Below, in pieces: positions 51,359 through 60,998 of a DNA stretch of 64,000 nt (positions are counted from its first letter, which is position 1; each line of letters begins with the position of its first letter). Position numbers and translations under genes: made by a program. The stretch is from Candidatus Heimdallarchaeota archaeon (GTDB lineage: Archaea; Asgardarchaeota; Heimdallarchaeia; Hodarchaeales; Hodarchaeaceae). The stretch spans positions 2,030,064 to 2,094,063 of the forward strand of contig CP070695.1 of assembly GCA_020353515.1 (NCBI GenBank). The letters run 5' to 3'. Under the pieces are notes generated by a model, which did no database searches, was not told the DNA's origin, and saw only the letters and a list, made by a program, of their open reading frames with translations.

Positions 51359-53563
51359 ATGAAAATAAATGGGAAATTAAGAAAATACGGCCTTCTTTCC
51401 TCTGTTGGTGGAGGAATTGGTGCAATTCTGATTTTCATTTTAGCTCTTGGTTTCTTTAATCCACTAGATTTTCCGATAGATACTCCCTCATTTCCCGATA
51501 CAGATGGTTCCTTACTAAATGGAACTGCTTCAGCTTATAAAATCAGAAATAGTCTTCAAACCGAGTTTGGCCTTTATACCCCGATTGATTTATCTTATGA
51601 TCCTCAAGTTATACCTATACAAATCCAATCAAATTTAGCTAATGTCGATATGCAAGGATTGACTATTCAATCTAGAATAAATAAAGACCTAGAAAGATAT
51701 GGGTTTGCCTTAGTTGATGAGGGGTATGAAGACATTTATGAAATCTATCCGCGTGAGGAATATCCTAAGTTTATAACCACAGATCTTTGTTTACATGCAT
51801 ATCATGTGTTATATGATATCAGTTTACGAATATTGGAAGGGACTCACTTTAGTGATGATTTTAAGACAATGTTAGGCACTTTAAGAGCTGAACAAATTTC
51901 TCTACATGGTACAGTAACTGAAAATAGCGTTCAGGAAGCAATAATTAAGAATATCGCTTATCTCACTGTCATGTTGTACTTAATCGATAATACTACAGCA
52001 GTTCCTCAATATGTTGAGGGGCTAGTAACCTCAGAACTGGCAAAAATTGATGCTGGAGTTAGAAGTGAATCAACTATTTTTGGTTATGATGAAGATTATA
52101 CTCAGTATAAAGTACGAGGGCATTATACACGTAATGTTCTCCTCTCAAATTATTTCAAAGCTATGATGTATGCTGGTCGGATGGGATTTTTACTTCAAAG
52201 TCCAACTGGTGACATAGAAATGGGTATCAATCATACACGAATGGCTATGTTGCTTCTATCCTCCTTTAATGCTACTATAGGCTCTGAGACTGTTTGGGAT
52301 TACTGGGATCGTGTGTATCAACCAACTGCTTTTTATGTTGGAGCTAGCGATGATTTAACCCCTACTGAATATTATATAATTTGGGAGAAGTTTTATTCCC
52401 CTAAAGGCGATCGGTTAGCAAATGATGAGTTAATTATGGAAATAATCAATGAAGCTAAAACCTTTCGTAAACCAAAGATAAATTCCATGTTTGTATTGGA
52501 CGCTTTTGAATATGAGAATGTAACTCAGGGATTCAGGTTTATGGGTCAAAGATTTATACCAGACTCCTATATTTTTCAACAGCTAGTTCATGATAAAGTT
52601 GGTGGCCGCTTGTTCCCTAATGGTTTAGATGTATTCTCAGTTTTTGGCAGTCCACGAGCAGAATTTCACCTTCAATCAGAAAATGAAAGTTACTTTGATT
52701 ATAATTCCCAAATTCTAAAGCTCAGAAGTGAATTTTCCAATTTAACTGATTATGATTGGACACAAAACTTGTATTGGTTATGGTTGTATTCTTTATTTCC
52801 ACTGTTACACCCCGTAACAGAAGGTTATCCTGGATTTATGCTCAGTAATGCCTGGTTGGACAAAGCTTTAATGACTGTAATGGGTTCGTGGGCTGAATTG
52901 CGACATGACACGATTTTATACGCTAAACAATCTTATACGTTAGAGAGAGGAGCAATAGAACCACCACTAGGGTATGTTGAACCATATCCTGAAGTGTATG
53001 CCCGACTAGGAGCTTTAGTTCGACTTATGAATAATGGATTAGAAGATAGGGGCTTGGTTATTGAAGGGTTTAGTTTTAAGCTTGAAATAATCGCAGAACA
53101 ATTTGATCGTTTAGTAGAAATCAGTATCAAAGAACTTGAAAATAGACCCCTGAACGAGAGTGATAAAACATTCATTAATAATTTTGGGGAGGAAATTGCG
53201 ACTATCGCCAGTTTCAATGATCCTGAAGCTGATCCTTACGTAAGCGAAGCAGATGACCGTATGGCTATTATAGCAGACGTACACACTGATCCAAATTCAG
53301 GACAAGTATTAGAGGTAGGCACTGGCAATCCGTACGTTATTTATGTCGTTATTCAGGATCATACTGGGAAACTACGTCTAACTCGTGGAGGTACATTTTC
53401 ATATTATGAATTCAAGTATCCGATGACTGATCGGTTGAATGACGAAGAATGGCATGAAATTCTTAGTTCTAATCCTCCACCATTACCTGAATGGGTTTCT
53501 AGTCTACTGATAATACATCCAAGTGAAAATAGTCTGCAATTGATTGCTATCAGAGAAGATTAA
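51359..53563 (+). CDS. DUF3160 family membrane-anchored protein
   Basis: FITTD..LHAYH, DYTQYKVRGHY, GQRFIPDS, SWAELRHDTILYAKQ, GYVEP, ADVHT and SYYEF motifs. Confidence 0.9.
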   Translation: MKINGKLRKYGLLSSVGGGIGAILIFILALGFFNPLDFPIDTPSFPDTDGSLLNGTASAYKIRNSLQTEFGLYTPIDLSYDPQVIPIQIQSNLANVDMQGLTIQSRINKDLERYGFALVDEGYEDIYEIYPREEYPKFITTDLCLHAYHVLYDISLRILEGTHFSDDFKTMLGTLRAEQISLHGTVTENSVQEAIIKNIAYLTVMLYLIDNTTAVPQYVEGLVTSELAKIDAGVRSESTIFGYDEDYTQYKVRGHYTRNVLLSNYFKAMMYAGRMGFLLQSPTGDIEMGINHTRMAMLLLSSFNATIGSETVWDYWDRVYQPTAFYVGASDDLTPTEYYIIWEKFYSPKGDRLANDELIMEIINEAKTFRKPKINSMFVLDAFEYENVTQGFRFMGQRFIPDSYIFQQLVHDKVGGRLFPNGLDVFSVFGSPRAEFHLQSENESYFDYNSQILKLRSEFSNLTDYDWTQNLYWLWLYSLFPLLHPVTEGYPGFMLSNAWLDKALMTVMGSWAELRHDTILYAKQSYTLERGAIEPPLGYVEPYPEVYARLGALVRLMNNGLEDRGLVIEGFSFKLEIIAEQFDRLVEISIKELENRPLNESDKTFINNFGEEIATIASFNDPEADPYVSEADDRMAIIADVHTDPNSGQVLEVGTGNPYVIYVVIQDHTGKLRLTRGGTFSYYEFKYPMTDRLNDEEWHEILSSNPPPLPEWVSSLLIIHPSENSLQLIAIRED

Positions 53564-53620
53564 ATTTCTTATTTCGCTCTTTTCCTCCCTTTTTTTCTCT
53601 TATTTTTTATATTTATTATA
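53564..53620 (+). terminator. Oligo-T-rich archaeal-type terminator region
   Basis: Long pyrimidine/T tract immediately after the stop codon. Confidence 0.4.
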
Positions 53621-53736
53621 TTGTCAAGTATTTCTATCAAGTAGCACGTTTCTTAATCTTTAAAGGATGGAAGATATCATATCCCTTCAAAACATATTGG
53701 AAAGAAAAAGCCAGTTCACATATGTAATGAAATCAA

Positions 53737-54204
53737 ATGACCAAAGATATGGGAGTTAAAGTAATGGAAGAGCTTTCAGATGAATTATTACAAGGAAAAA
53801 CAATGAAAATCTATTGGTTCTTACTTACTCATGGTGAGAGTGGTATCCGTGAGATTAAACGTCATCTCAAAATTTCTTCTCCATCCACAGTTTCTTATCA
53901 CATGAACAAACTTGTTGAAGCTGGTTTGGTCTCAAAATCGTCAACAGATAAGTATAATATTGAGGAGACAGTAAAAACTGGTATTTTTGGGCTATATGTT
54001 AAAATAGGAACCCGTATGATCCCGAGAATGTTATTCTACATATCTTTCTTTACAATAGGGTGCTTCTTATATCTGTTAATAATCTTTAATAGAGGGACTA
54101 TTGTTATTCATACTGAAGATTTCTTATTTTTGTTATTTGTGATTTGTGGGATCATATTTTTTTGTTATGAGGCTTATAGAATATGGATCATGAAACCCTT
54201 GTGA
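53737..54204 (+). CDS. Winged-HTH regulator with two C-terminal TM helices
   Basis: GIREIKRHL.ISSPSTVSYHMNKL..AGLV, then MIPR and two hydrophobic helices. Confidence 0.85.
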   Translation: MTKDMGVKVMEELSDELLQGKTMKIYWFLLTHGESGIREIKRHLKISSPSTVSYHMNKLVEAGLVSKSSTDKYNIEETVKTGIFGLYVKIGTRMIPRMLFYISFFTIGCFLYLLIIFNRGTIVIHTEDFLFLLFVICGIIFFCYEAYRIWIMKPL

Positions 54205-54220
54205 ATAGCGTTAAATAGCT

Positions 54221-54889
54221 TTAAATTTCAGTTAAATGTTGCCAATTCAGAACCATATTGTTTACGAGTAATAAAGTCAACACTACCCATGGAAAAACTA
54301 TTTTTTTTCGTTTAACTTTCCATAGAATAACTCCAGATATAAAGGTGAGAATCAGATCCAATATTGGATAAGCTGCTATTAATAAAGCCTCTGTCAATGA
54401 TTCCACATCTATAGCTATCGGGATATTCAATATCAAAATTAGAATAATAGCCAAACATACTCCAAATAATAATAGCAATAGGAGTACTTCTACCCTTTTA
54501 ACTTGAACTTCCATTGTCCTCCATTGCATCACTAGTCCTAAGAAGAAGATTGCATAACCTATAATTCGGAGTAATCCCCCAATAATTGATTCTTCAGCTT
54601 CAGTTTGAAGGATATAATTGTATAAAATACCAATTGCCCATGTGAATATTGCTGCTGCAATTAATAACCAAGCCCTTTTTGCTTGTGCTTGAATGTTAAA
54701 CTTTAATACGAAAGCTACCAAAATGAGTCCAGAAATAACGAAAATTACAAACCCGCTAATAGCTAAGAGATTCCTATAATCTTCTGGATTAAAAGGTTGT
54801 ACTAACCAAGCTGTAATAATAAAAACAGTGATTAATGACAGTAAAAAGTAAACTATTGAATAACGATTTAAGATTTTTATGACATACAG
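54221..54889 (-). CDS. Multi-pass membrane (sensor-like) protein, probable CTG start
   Basis: Frame stays open upstream of TTG 54721 with two more TM helices; GAGG lies 8 nt before CTG 54889; AWLLIAAAI and AYPILDL motifs. Confidence 0.6.
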   Translation of the reverse strand: MYVIKILNRYSIVYFLLSLITVFIITAWLVQPFNPEDYRNLLAISGFVIFVISGLILVAFVLKFNIQAQAKRAWLLIAAAIFTWAIGILYNYILQTEAEESIIGGLLRIIGYAIFFLGLVMQWRTMEVQVKRVEVLLLLLLFGVCLAIILILILNIPIAIDVESLTEALLIAAYPILDLILTFISGVILWKVKRKKIVFPWVVLTLLLVNNMVLNWQHLTEI

Positions 54890-55158
54890 TTGAAAAGCCT
54901 CTTTTTGATGGTATTTAGAAAATAGTGAATATTCTTAAAAATTTTTACTCACTTTTCTTTCTTCTCTTTGATTAGTAACAGCTAACCGAGAAAAAATCCT
55001 ATATTAATCACATTTTTCTCACTGATTGACACAATAAGTGAATTTTACAAAGAAAATATCAAAGGTTACAATAAGGAAATTAGTAGCATTTTTATTATAT
55101 GTATCTTTAGATCAAAGTACTATTTTAATCAGAAATAATTTTTCGAAGGGGCGAAATA

Positions 55159-56241
55159 ATGGCTTTAAGCAGGCGTGCATCGGTTGCAGAACATTGGGCT
55201 CTTTTTGTAGAAGGTACTGAAGTCAAGTGGCATTTTGGAAACCCATCAAATGAATTCCTCGAGGTTGTTTCCAATTTTTTGATGGGCTTGGGAAAATTAG
55301 GTAAGGAGCTTTTCGGCACAGAAGGTATTGCCAGTATCATCTTTGATCTTAGGGGGCATGCTGGATTAAAAGCGTCCGAAATTTTCATCGTTTCATTAGA
55401 AGAGAAGTTCTTCTTGATAATTTCGGATCCTTCAGTTACGTTATTATTAATTTCAGCGGAAGGAGGCATTCCAGAAGATATTCAAATTATTATGAAAGCT
55501 GTTTTAGTAGGTCAAGCCAGTATTCTTTACTCAAATATGGTAGCAGATGTAGACGATGAAAAACAATCCGAAATAGAAGAGCATTTCAGGAGCATCATTG
55601 CTGATATTAATGAAGAATATTTAGTAGATGAAAGTATTAATAATATTGTAGGGGTTGCAGGATCCAATTTTTCAATCCTATCATTTCAAGAATTACTTTT
55701 GCTCCATTACTACCTCCGACAAGCCGCTGAAAGAACAACAGAAATATTACCAACTCATGAGGGTTTTTCTATAATCGCTAATCTTGATGGCTTTGATATT
55801 CCATTTGCATATAATATCACAAATCAAGGGATATGGGCGGGATTCTTTGCAGCAATAGTTGGTTTTATTCATTCATTATTTGAATCTAAACCCCGCTACA
55901 TCTCTTTTGGAACCACAGAAATTTATAAATTACGCTTCGTATTCGGAAAAGATTATTTTATGGCAATCGACTCTGGATTGACTTCAGATCTGTTATTAAA
56001 GAAAGATTTTCATAAAAGGCTTTTCGCTACTCCATATGCTATCTTGGTAGACATGAGTCCTGGTATTAAACGACTGTTAATTGAAGAACTTCTCCAATAT
56101 CATGAGTCTCGGTTAAATTCTCTTAGTGCAGCCACCCTCTTAGATACATTTGTTGGAGATGATGATACTCTTGCAGATCTTAGTCAAGATGAGCGTATTA
56201 TACGAATTTGGGGAAAGTTACTCTTAAGTTTCCAGAAGTAA
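55159..56241 (+). CDS. Soluble protein with two longin-like domains
   Basis: Two beta-hairpin/helix units: WALFVEG...VVSNFLMGLGKLGKELFG and IIANLDG...IWAGFFAAIVGFIHSLFE. Confidence 0.55.
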   Translation: MALSRRASVAEHWALFVEGTEVKWHFGNPSNEFLEVVSNFLMGLGKLGKELFGTEGIASIIFDLRGHAGLKASEIFIVSLEEKFFLIISDPSVTLLLISAEGGIPEDIQIIMKAVLVGQASILYSNMVADVDDEKQSEIEEHFRSIIADINEEYLVDESINNIVGVAGSNFSILSFQELLLLHYYLRQAAERTTEILPTHEGFSIIANLDGFDIPFAYNITNQGIWAGFFAAIVGFIHSLFESKPRYISFGTTEIYKLRFVFGKDYFMAIDSGLTSDLLLKKDFHKRLFATPYAILVDMSPGIKRLLIEELLQYHESRLNSLSAATLLDTFVGDDDTLADLSQDERIIRIWGKLLLSFQK

Positions 56242-56319
56242 TATATTAATCAATTAGAAACACCTTTTTTACTAGATTTTTTGTAATAGGATAAATGATT
56301 TCAAAGGTAATTTGTTATT

Positions 56320-57114
56320 TTGGTGTTAAGATTGACTCATGTCAAGCAATTATTTGATTTATCAGGAAAAAAAGCATTGGTGACTGGTGGGGCATCTGGA
56401 ATAGGATATACTATGGCCGAGGGATTAGCTGAAGCAGGAGCTGCTGTTGCTATTTGTGGTCGAGGAAGGCATGGTTCATTAGAAGAAGCTTCTTCGAGCC
56501 TTGAAAAAATTGGGTCTGAAATAATAGCGATTAAATGTGATGTGAGTGTTGAAGACGATATTCTAGAACTTGTGAAAACTTTGGATGATCAGAATTTTCC
56601 CATCGATACCCTTGTTAACAATGCAGGAGTCAGCTGGGGACATGACTCGGAAACAATGCCATTAGATCGCTGGAATATGGTTATTGAAACGAACTTAACT
56701 GGTTTATTTGTTGTTACACGAGAGGTAGCTAAAAAATTCATGATTCCTAAAGGGAGTGGATCAATTATCAATATTGCTAGTGTTTCTGGACTAACAGGTG
56801 GTGAGATTGGAATCGCAGCGTATTCAGCCTCAAAAGCTGGTGTTATTGGTATAACAAAACAACTAGCAATTGAATGGGCCTCTCTTGGAATTCGAGTCAA
56901 TGCAATTGCCCCTAGTTGGTTTCCTTCATATATGACTCGTCATTTCACGGGAGAGGACAGTCCTTATCGCGAAGTTTTACTAGCAGATTGTCCCTTTGGA
57001 CGTTTCGGAGAATCCTGGGAGCTAAAAGGACCCATAGTTTTTTTATCTAGTAGAGCAAGTTCGTACATTACTGGTACTGTAATCCCTGTTGATGGAGGAT
57101 ACTTGGCAAAATGA
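56320..57114 (+). CDS. SDR family oxidoreductase
   Basis: TGGASGIG, NNAG, YSASK and VDGG motifs. Confidence 0.95.
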   Translation: MVLRLTHVKQLFDLSGKKALVTGGASGIGYTMAEGLAEAGAAVAICGRGRHGSLEEASSSLEKIGSEIIAIKCDVSVEDDILELVKTLDDQNFPIDTLVNNAGVSWGHDSETMPLDRWNMVIETNLTGLFVVTREVAKKFMIPKGSGSIINIASVSGLTGGEIGIAAYSASKAGVIGITKQLAIEWASLGIRVNAIAPSWFPSYMTRHFTGEDSPYREVLLADCPFGRFGESWELKGPIVFLSSRASSYITGTVIPVDGGYLAK

Positions 57115-57914
57115 ATTCTAAAAATGTTTTAGATTTATTCAAATTAACAGGAAGAGTGGCACTTGTGACTGGGGGCGCCAAAGGGGTGGGAACAGTAATA
57201 AATGAAGGTCTTCTGGAAGCTGGGGTTACTACATTGATATTTTGTGGTCGAGGAAGACATGGTTCATTAGATGATGAACGAAATCGCTTATCTGAATCAT
57301 TTCCATCAACAAATATTCATGCTTACCAGTGTGATATATCAGATGAATCACAGGTTAAATCCATGATACAGAACATAAAAAAGGAGGTGGGAGGAGTTGA
57401 TATTTTGATTAATAATGCTGGAGTCACTTGGAATGCTCCAACAGTAGATCAGACATTAGCAACTTGGCATCGAGTTTTAGATATCAATCTTACAGGATTA
57501 TTTCTCATTACTCGAGAAGTTGCAAATGAACTCATGATTCCAAAGAGTGGAGGAACGATTATCAATATCAGTAGTATCTTAGCTTTTCAAGGAATAGCGG
57601 TTGGCAGCCAGATTGGATATACTGCTTCCAAGGCTGGTGTTTTGGGGTTAACACGACATCTGGCGATCGAATGGAGTAAATGGAATATTCGTGTGAATGC
57701 AATCGCACCCTCATTTATCGAAGGAGATACAATGGCTAAAGTATTCACTAGTGAGGATAGTCCTATGAGAGAGACCCTCCTTGAATCGGTTCCATTGAAA
57801 CACTTTAATCATCCAAATGATATAAAATCCGCTACATGTTTCTTAGCTTCTGATGCTTCATCAAATATAACAGGTCAATATCTCGTTTTAGATGGTGGTT
57901 TATCAGTAAAATAG
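57111..57914 (+). CDS. SDR family oxidoreductase (tandem paralog)
   Basis: TGGAKGVG, NNAG, YTASK and LDGG motifs; shares CGRGRHGSL with the previous SDR; ATGA overlap. Confidence 0.95.
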   Translation: MNSKNVLDLFKLTGRVALVTGGAKGVGTVINEGLLEAGVTTLIFCGRGRHGSLDDERNRLSESFPSTNIHAYQCDISDESQVKSMIQNIKKEVGGVDILINNAGVTWNAPTVDQTLATWHRVLDINLTGLFLITREVANELMIPKSGGTIINISSILAFQGIAVGSQIGYTASKAGVLGLTRHLAIEWSKWNIRVNAIAPSFIEGDTMAKVFTSEDSPMRETLLESVPLKHFNHPNDIKSATCFLASDASSNITGQYLVLDGGLSVK

Positions 57915-57928
57915 ATAGGTGATCTAGA

Positions 57929-59113
57929 ATAACGGAAATAAATAAAATTAAGGGCCTTGATCAAACAGTTAAAGCTGGTAAAGTAGCGCAAAATGAAAAG
58001 AACCTCCTTCTTGATCATTCTCCAGATTATTTTCTTGAGAATTATACTGAATCATTAAAGGTCATCCAACAACAGGGAAAACCCCTATTAGGGTACTTTA
58101 CCAACCGTATTCCAGTTGAAATACTGCATGCATTGAATACTTACCCAATTCGTATGTTATCAATAGGGTCATCTACTCAAGGGGCTTCTGAACGATATAT
58201 TCAATCCTTTGGATGCTCTTGGTTACGTCATATTATGGATATTGGGATTGCTAAAGGTTATCAGGCCTTAGATGGAGTCATCTTTTCTGCAGGCACTTGT
58301 GATTCTCTTCAAAATGTTTCCGACATCTGGAGAAAGGTCTTTTCTGAACAATGGGCATATAATCTAACCTTTCCAGTATTGACAGATACTAAAGCTGCAG
58401 TAGAATATCTGCAAAATGAATTTGAGACTTTGGTGCAAAAAATATCAGAAAAATTCCCTGACAATCCTCATGGTTTTACAATTACTGATAGTATAAAATT
58501 ATATAACAGGAAAAGGATTAATCTTCAGAAGCTACTGAGTCTTGTTTCAGAACGAAGATTTAGATACAGTGATTTCTTTAAATTGGCACTCCTTGGGGAT
58601 ATCCTTCCAATTGAGACAATTAATCCATATTTAAGTATAAAAATCGAGCAGGTTGAATCATCTTCTCAACTCACCATACCTGATTCCCCCCGTCTTCTTT
58701 TATCTGGAGGGATGTTTGATAGCTTCCGCTTATTTGAGGAAATTCCTGAGTTTGACCAAATTGTAACTGATGATTTGTCTTTCGGGGCGAGAAATTTTAA
58801 GTTCTCTATACCCCAAAGTGGATTCTTACAAGGTTATGCTCAAGCCTATCTGGAACGAATTCCCGATCCTACTGCGTTTGATATGGAAAAACGTTGGAAA
58901 GGCCTTGAAGAAGCCATTCGTCATCATAACATTGAGGGTGTGATCCTATTAGGAATGAAATTTTGTGATCCCGATTCTTTCGAATTTGTCTCTATCCAGA
59001 ATAATCTTAAGGATCTCGACATTCCTTATCTTACTTTAGAAACATCCCCTGATTTATCAAACATTCAACAGATACAAACACGACTTTCTGCATATATCGA
59101 GATGTTATCCTGA
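57929..59113 (+). CDS. 2-hydroxyacyl-CoA dehydratase / benzoyl-CoA reductase subunit (HgdB/BcrC-like), probable ATA start
   Basis: GCSW, TCDS, KFCDP and TRLSAY.E motifs; conserved GYF...IPVEILHA lies upstream of the track start at 58133; frame is open to ATA 57929, after AGGTGAT. Confidence 0.85.
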   Translation: MTEINKIKGLDQTVKAGKVAQNEKNLLLDHSPDYFLENYTESLKVIQQQGKPLLGYFTNRIPVEILHALNTYPIRMLSIGSSTQGASERYIQSFGCSWLRHIMDIGIAKGYQALDGVIFSAGTCDSLQNVSDIWRKVFSEQWAYNLTFPVLTDTKAAVEYLQNEFETLVQKISEKFPDNPHGFTITDSIKLYNRKRINLQKLLSLVSERRFRYSDFFKLALLGDILPIETINPYLSIKIEQVESSSQLTIPDSPRLLLSGGMFDSFRLFEEIPEFDQIVTDDLSFGARNFKFSIPQSGFLQGYAQAYLERIPDPTAFDMEKRWKGLEEAIRHHNIEGVILLGMKFCDPDSFEFVSIQNNLKDLDIPYLTLETSPDLSNIQQIQTRLSAYIEMLS

Positions 59114-59128
59114 GAGGTGAAGATCATA

Positions 59129-60388
59129 ATGTCTAGCAAAGACTCTGAACGGGTATATCGGCGACTTGAGAGTACTCAAAGTATTAAGAATTCCCAGGCC
59201 ATGTATTATTTTCAGAGTAAAAATCCCTACATATATGATGAAGGGAAAAAGATTGCTTGGGTAACATCAGGCGCACCTGTAGAATTTCTAATTGCCATGG
59301 ATATCATTCCTCTCTATCCTGAACAATATGGAGCCATAGCAGGCGCAGCCAAAGACTCTACCAGATTATGTCAAGTGGCAGAGAACCATGGATATAATAC
59401 AGATCTTTGTGCTTACGCGCGAACTTCGTTTGGTAGTATATTTGCTCCTGATCCTCCCACTCCCATGCATGAAATTGATGGTACTGGAGGATTAGCACGG
59501 CCAGACATGTTGATTGCAGGCAACAATATCTGTGGGACTGTTTTGAAATGGTATCAGGATTTATCACGCTTCTTCAAGATTCCATTATTCTTATTCGATA
59601 CCCCCCCTTTGACTGGGAATCGTCTACCAAAATATTATTTGGATTATGTAACAGTCCAATTGCAAAAGTATGTTGAGTTTCTAGAAATCCAAATGGAGAG
59701 GAAAGTAGACGAGGATGAGATGATTGAAACTATGCAAAATTCTCTTCAGGCTATAGATTTATGGACCCAAATTCTAGAACTTTGCAAAAATAAGCCAAGT
59801 CCATTGAACTGTGCAGATCGATTCTTATTAATGGCTCCCGTAGTAGCACAGCGGGGAACTACTGAAACTGTCTCAGTATATGAGGAGGTTTTATCAGAAG
59901 TTAAACAGCGAGTTGACGCGGGTCTTGGAGCAATCACAGTCCCCGAAAAATATCGGTTATTGTTTGATAATATACCAATATGGTTTAATCTCTATGAATT
60001 CTTTAATTCATTTGCTGCAAAAGGAGTAGTTTTCCCAGTTGATACTTACACACAAGCTTGGTCCCAACAGGGAAGAATAATTGAATCTGGGGATTTAATA
60101 CGGGATGCTGCTATAATGTACTCAAATATTTACCTGAATAAGACTCTACAGCATAAAATAGACCTGATTAGCAACCTTGCCACTGACTACGAATGTGATG
60201 GGATCCTATACCATTCTATGAGAAGTTGCAAGCGATATAGTTTAGGACAACCGATTACTCGACGAGAAGTGACTGAAAAGACTGGTAAACCAGGTATCAT
60301 TGTAGAGGGAGATATGTGTGATAATAGAAATTTTAGCGAAGAACAAGCTTGGACAAGAATTGAAGCCCTATTAGAATTAATCGGTTGA
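59129..60388 (+). CDS. 2-hydroxyacyl-CoA dehydratase / benzoyl-CoA reductase subunit (HgdA/BcrB-like)
   Basis: PVEFL..YPE, DLCAY, NICGT, RSCK, EGDM.D and TRIEA motifs; ATG 59129 follows GAGGTGA. Confidence 0.9.
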   Translation: MSSKDSERVYRRLESTQSIKNSQAMYYFQSKNPYIYDEGKKIAWVTSGAPVEFLIAMDIIPLYPEQYGAIAGAAKDSTRLCQVAENHGYNTDLCAYARTSFGSIFAPDPPTPMHEIDGTGGLARPDMLIAGNNICGTVLKWYQDLSRFFKIPLFLFDTPPLTGNRLPKYYLDYVTVQLQKYVEFLEIQMERKVDEDEMIETMQNSLQAIDLWTQILELCKNKPSPLNCADRFLLMAPVVAQRGTTETVSVYEEVLSEVKQRVDAGLGAITVPEKYRLLFDNIPIWFNLYEFFNSFAAKGVVFPVDTYTQAWSQQGRIIESGDLIRDAAIMYSNIYLNKTLQHKIDLISNLATDYECDGILYHSMRSCKRYSLGQPITRREVTEKTGKPGIIVEGDMCDNRNFSEEQAWTRIEALLELIG

Positions 60389-60410
60389 GACATACAAAGA
60401 GAGAGAGATT

Positions 60411-60977
60411 TCAAGTTTTATACTTGTTATATAAGGTCAATCCTAATTTATGGAATGCCGCGTTTACATTTACACCAGTTTTAGCTGAAGTTTCAAAATA
60501 GTTGATATCATCATTAATATTATCTAAACTTGTGATTAACTCTCCCGAAATATATTTTCTCGCTTCTTCACTGTTGATTTTATCCTTAGTTTCGTTTTGT
60601 AAATCGGATTTATTACCAAGCACAATAACCAAAATATCTGATGATCCTGAATGCTTACTGAGTTCATTCAGCCACTTATCTAGGCTAAATAAGGTATCGG
60701 GTCGAGTAATATCGTAAACTAAGAGAGCTCCAACAGTGTGTTTATAGTAGAGTGTTCTAACAGAACGGAAGGTTGGTTGACCTGCAAGATCCCAGATCTG
60801 AAATCTAATCTTCTTGGATCTAGCACCATGGTTTAATATGACTTGTTTTGAGACAAAATCAGTCCCAATTGTTGGTACATAATCTGTGTCGAATCCTCGT
60901 CCTAAATATCTATTTCTTAATGATGTTTTTCCTACTCCTCCATCTCCACATAAGGATATTTTAACCAGTAATGCCAC
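60411..60977 (-). CDS. Rab-like small GTPase
   Basis: GDGGVGKT, PTIGTDF, WDLAGQ, NKSD and ETSAK motifs. Confidence 0.93.
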   Translation of the reverse strand: MALLVKISLCGDGGVGKTSLRNRYLGRGFDTDYVPTIGTDFVSKQVILNHGARSKKIRFQIWDLAGQPTFRSVRTLYYKHTVGALLVYDITRPDTLFSLDKWLNELSKHSGSSDILVIVLGNKSDLQNETKDKINSEEARKYISGELITSLDNINDDINYFETSAKTGVNVNAAFHKLGLTLYNKYKT

Positions 60978-60998
60978 TATTTTGTCAAACTCCTTTCA

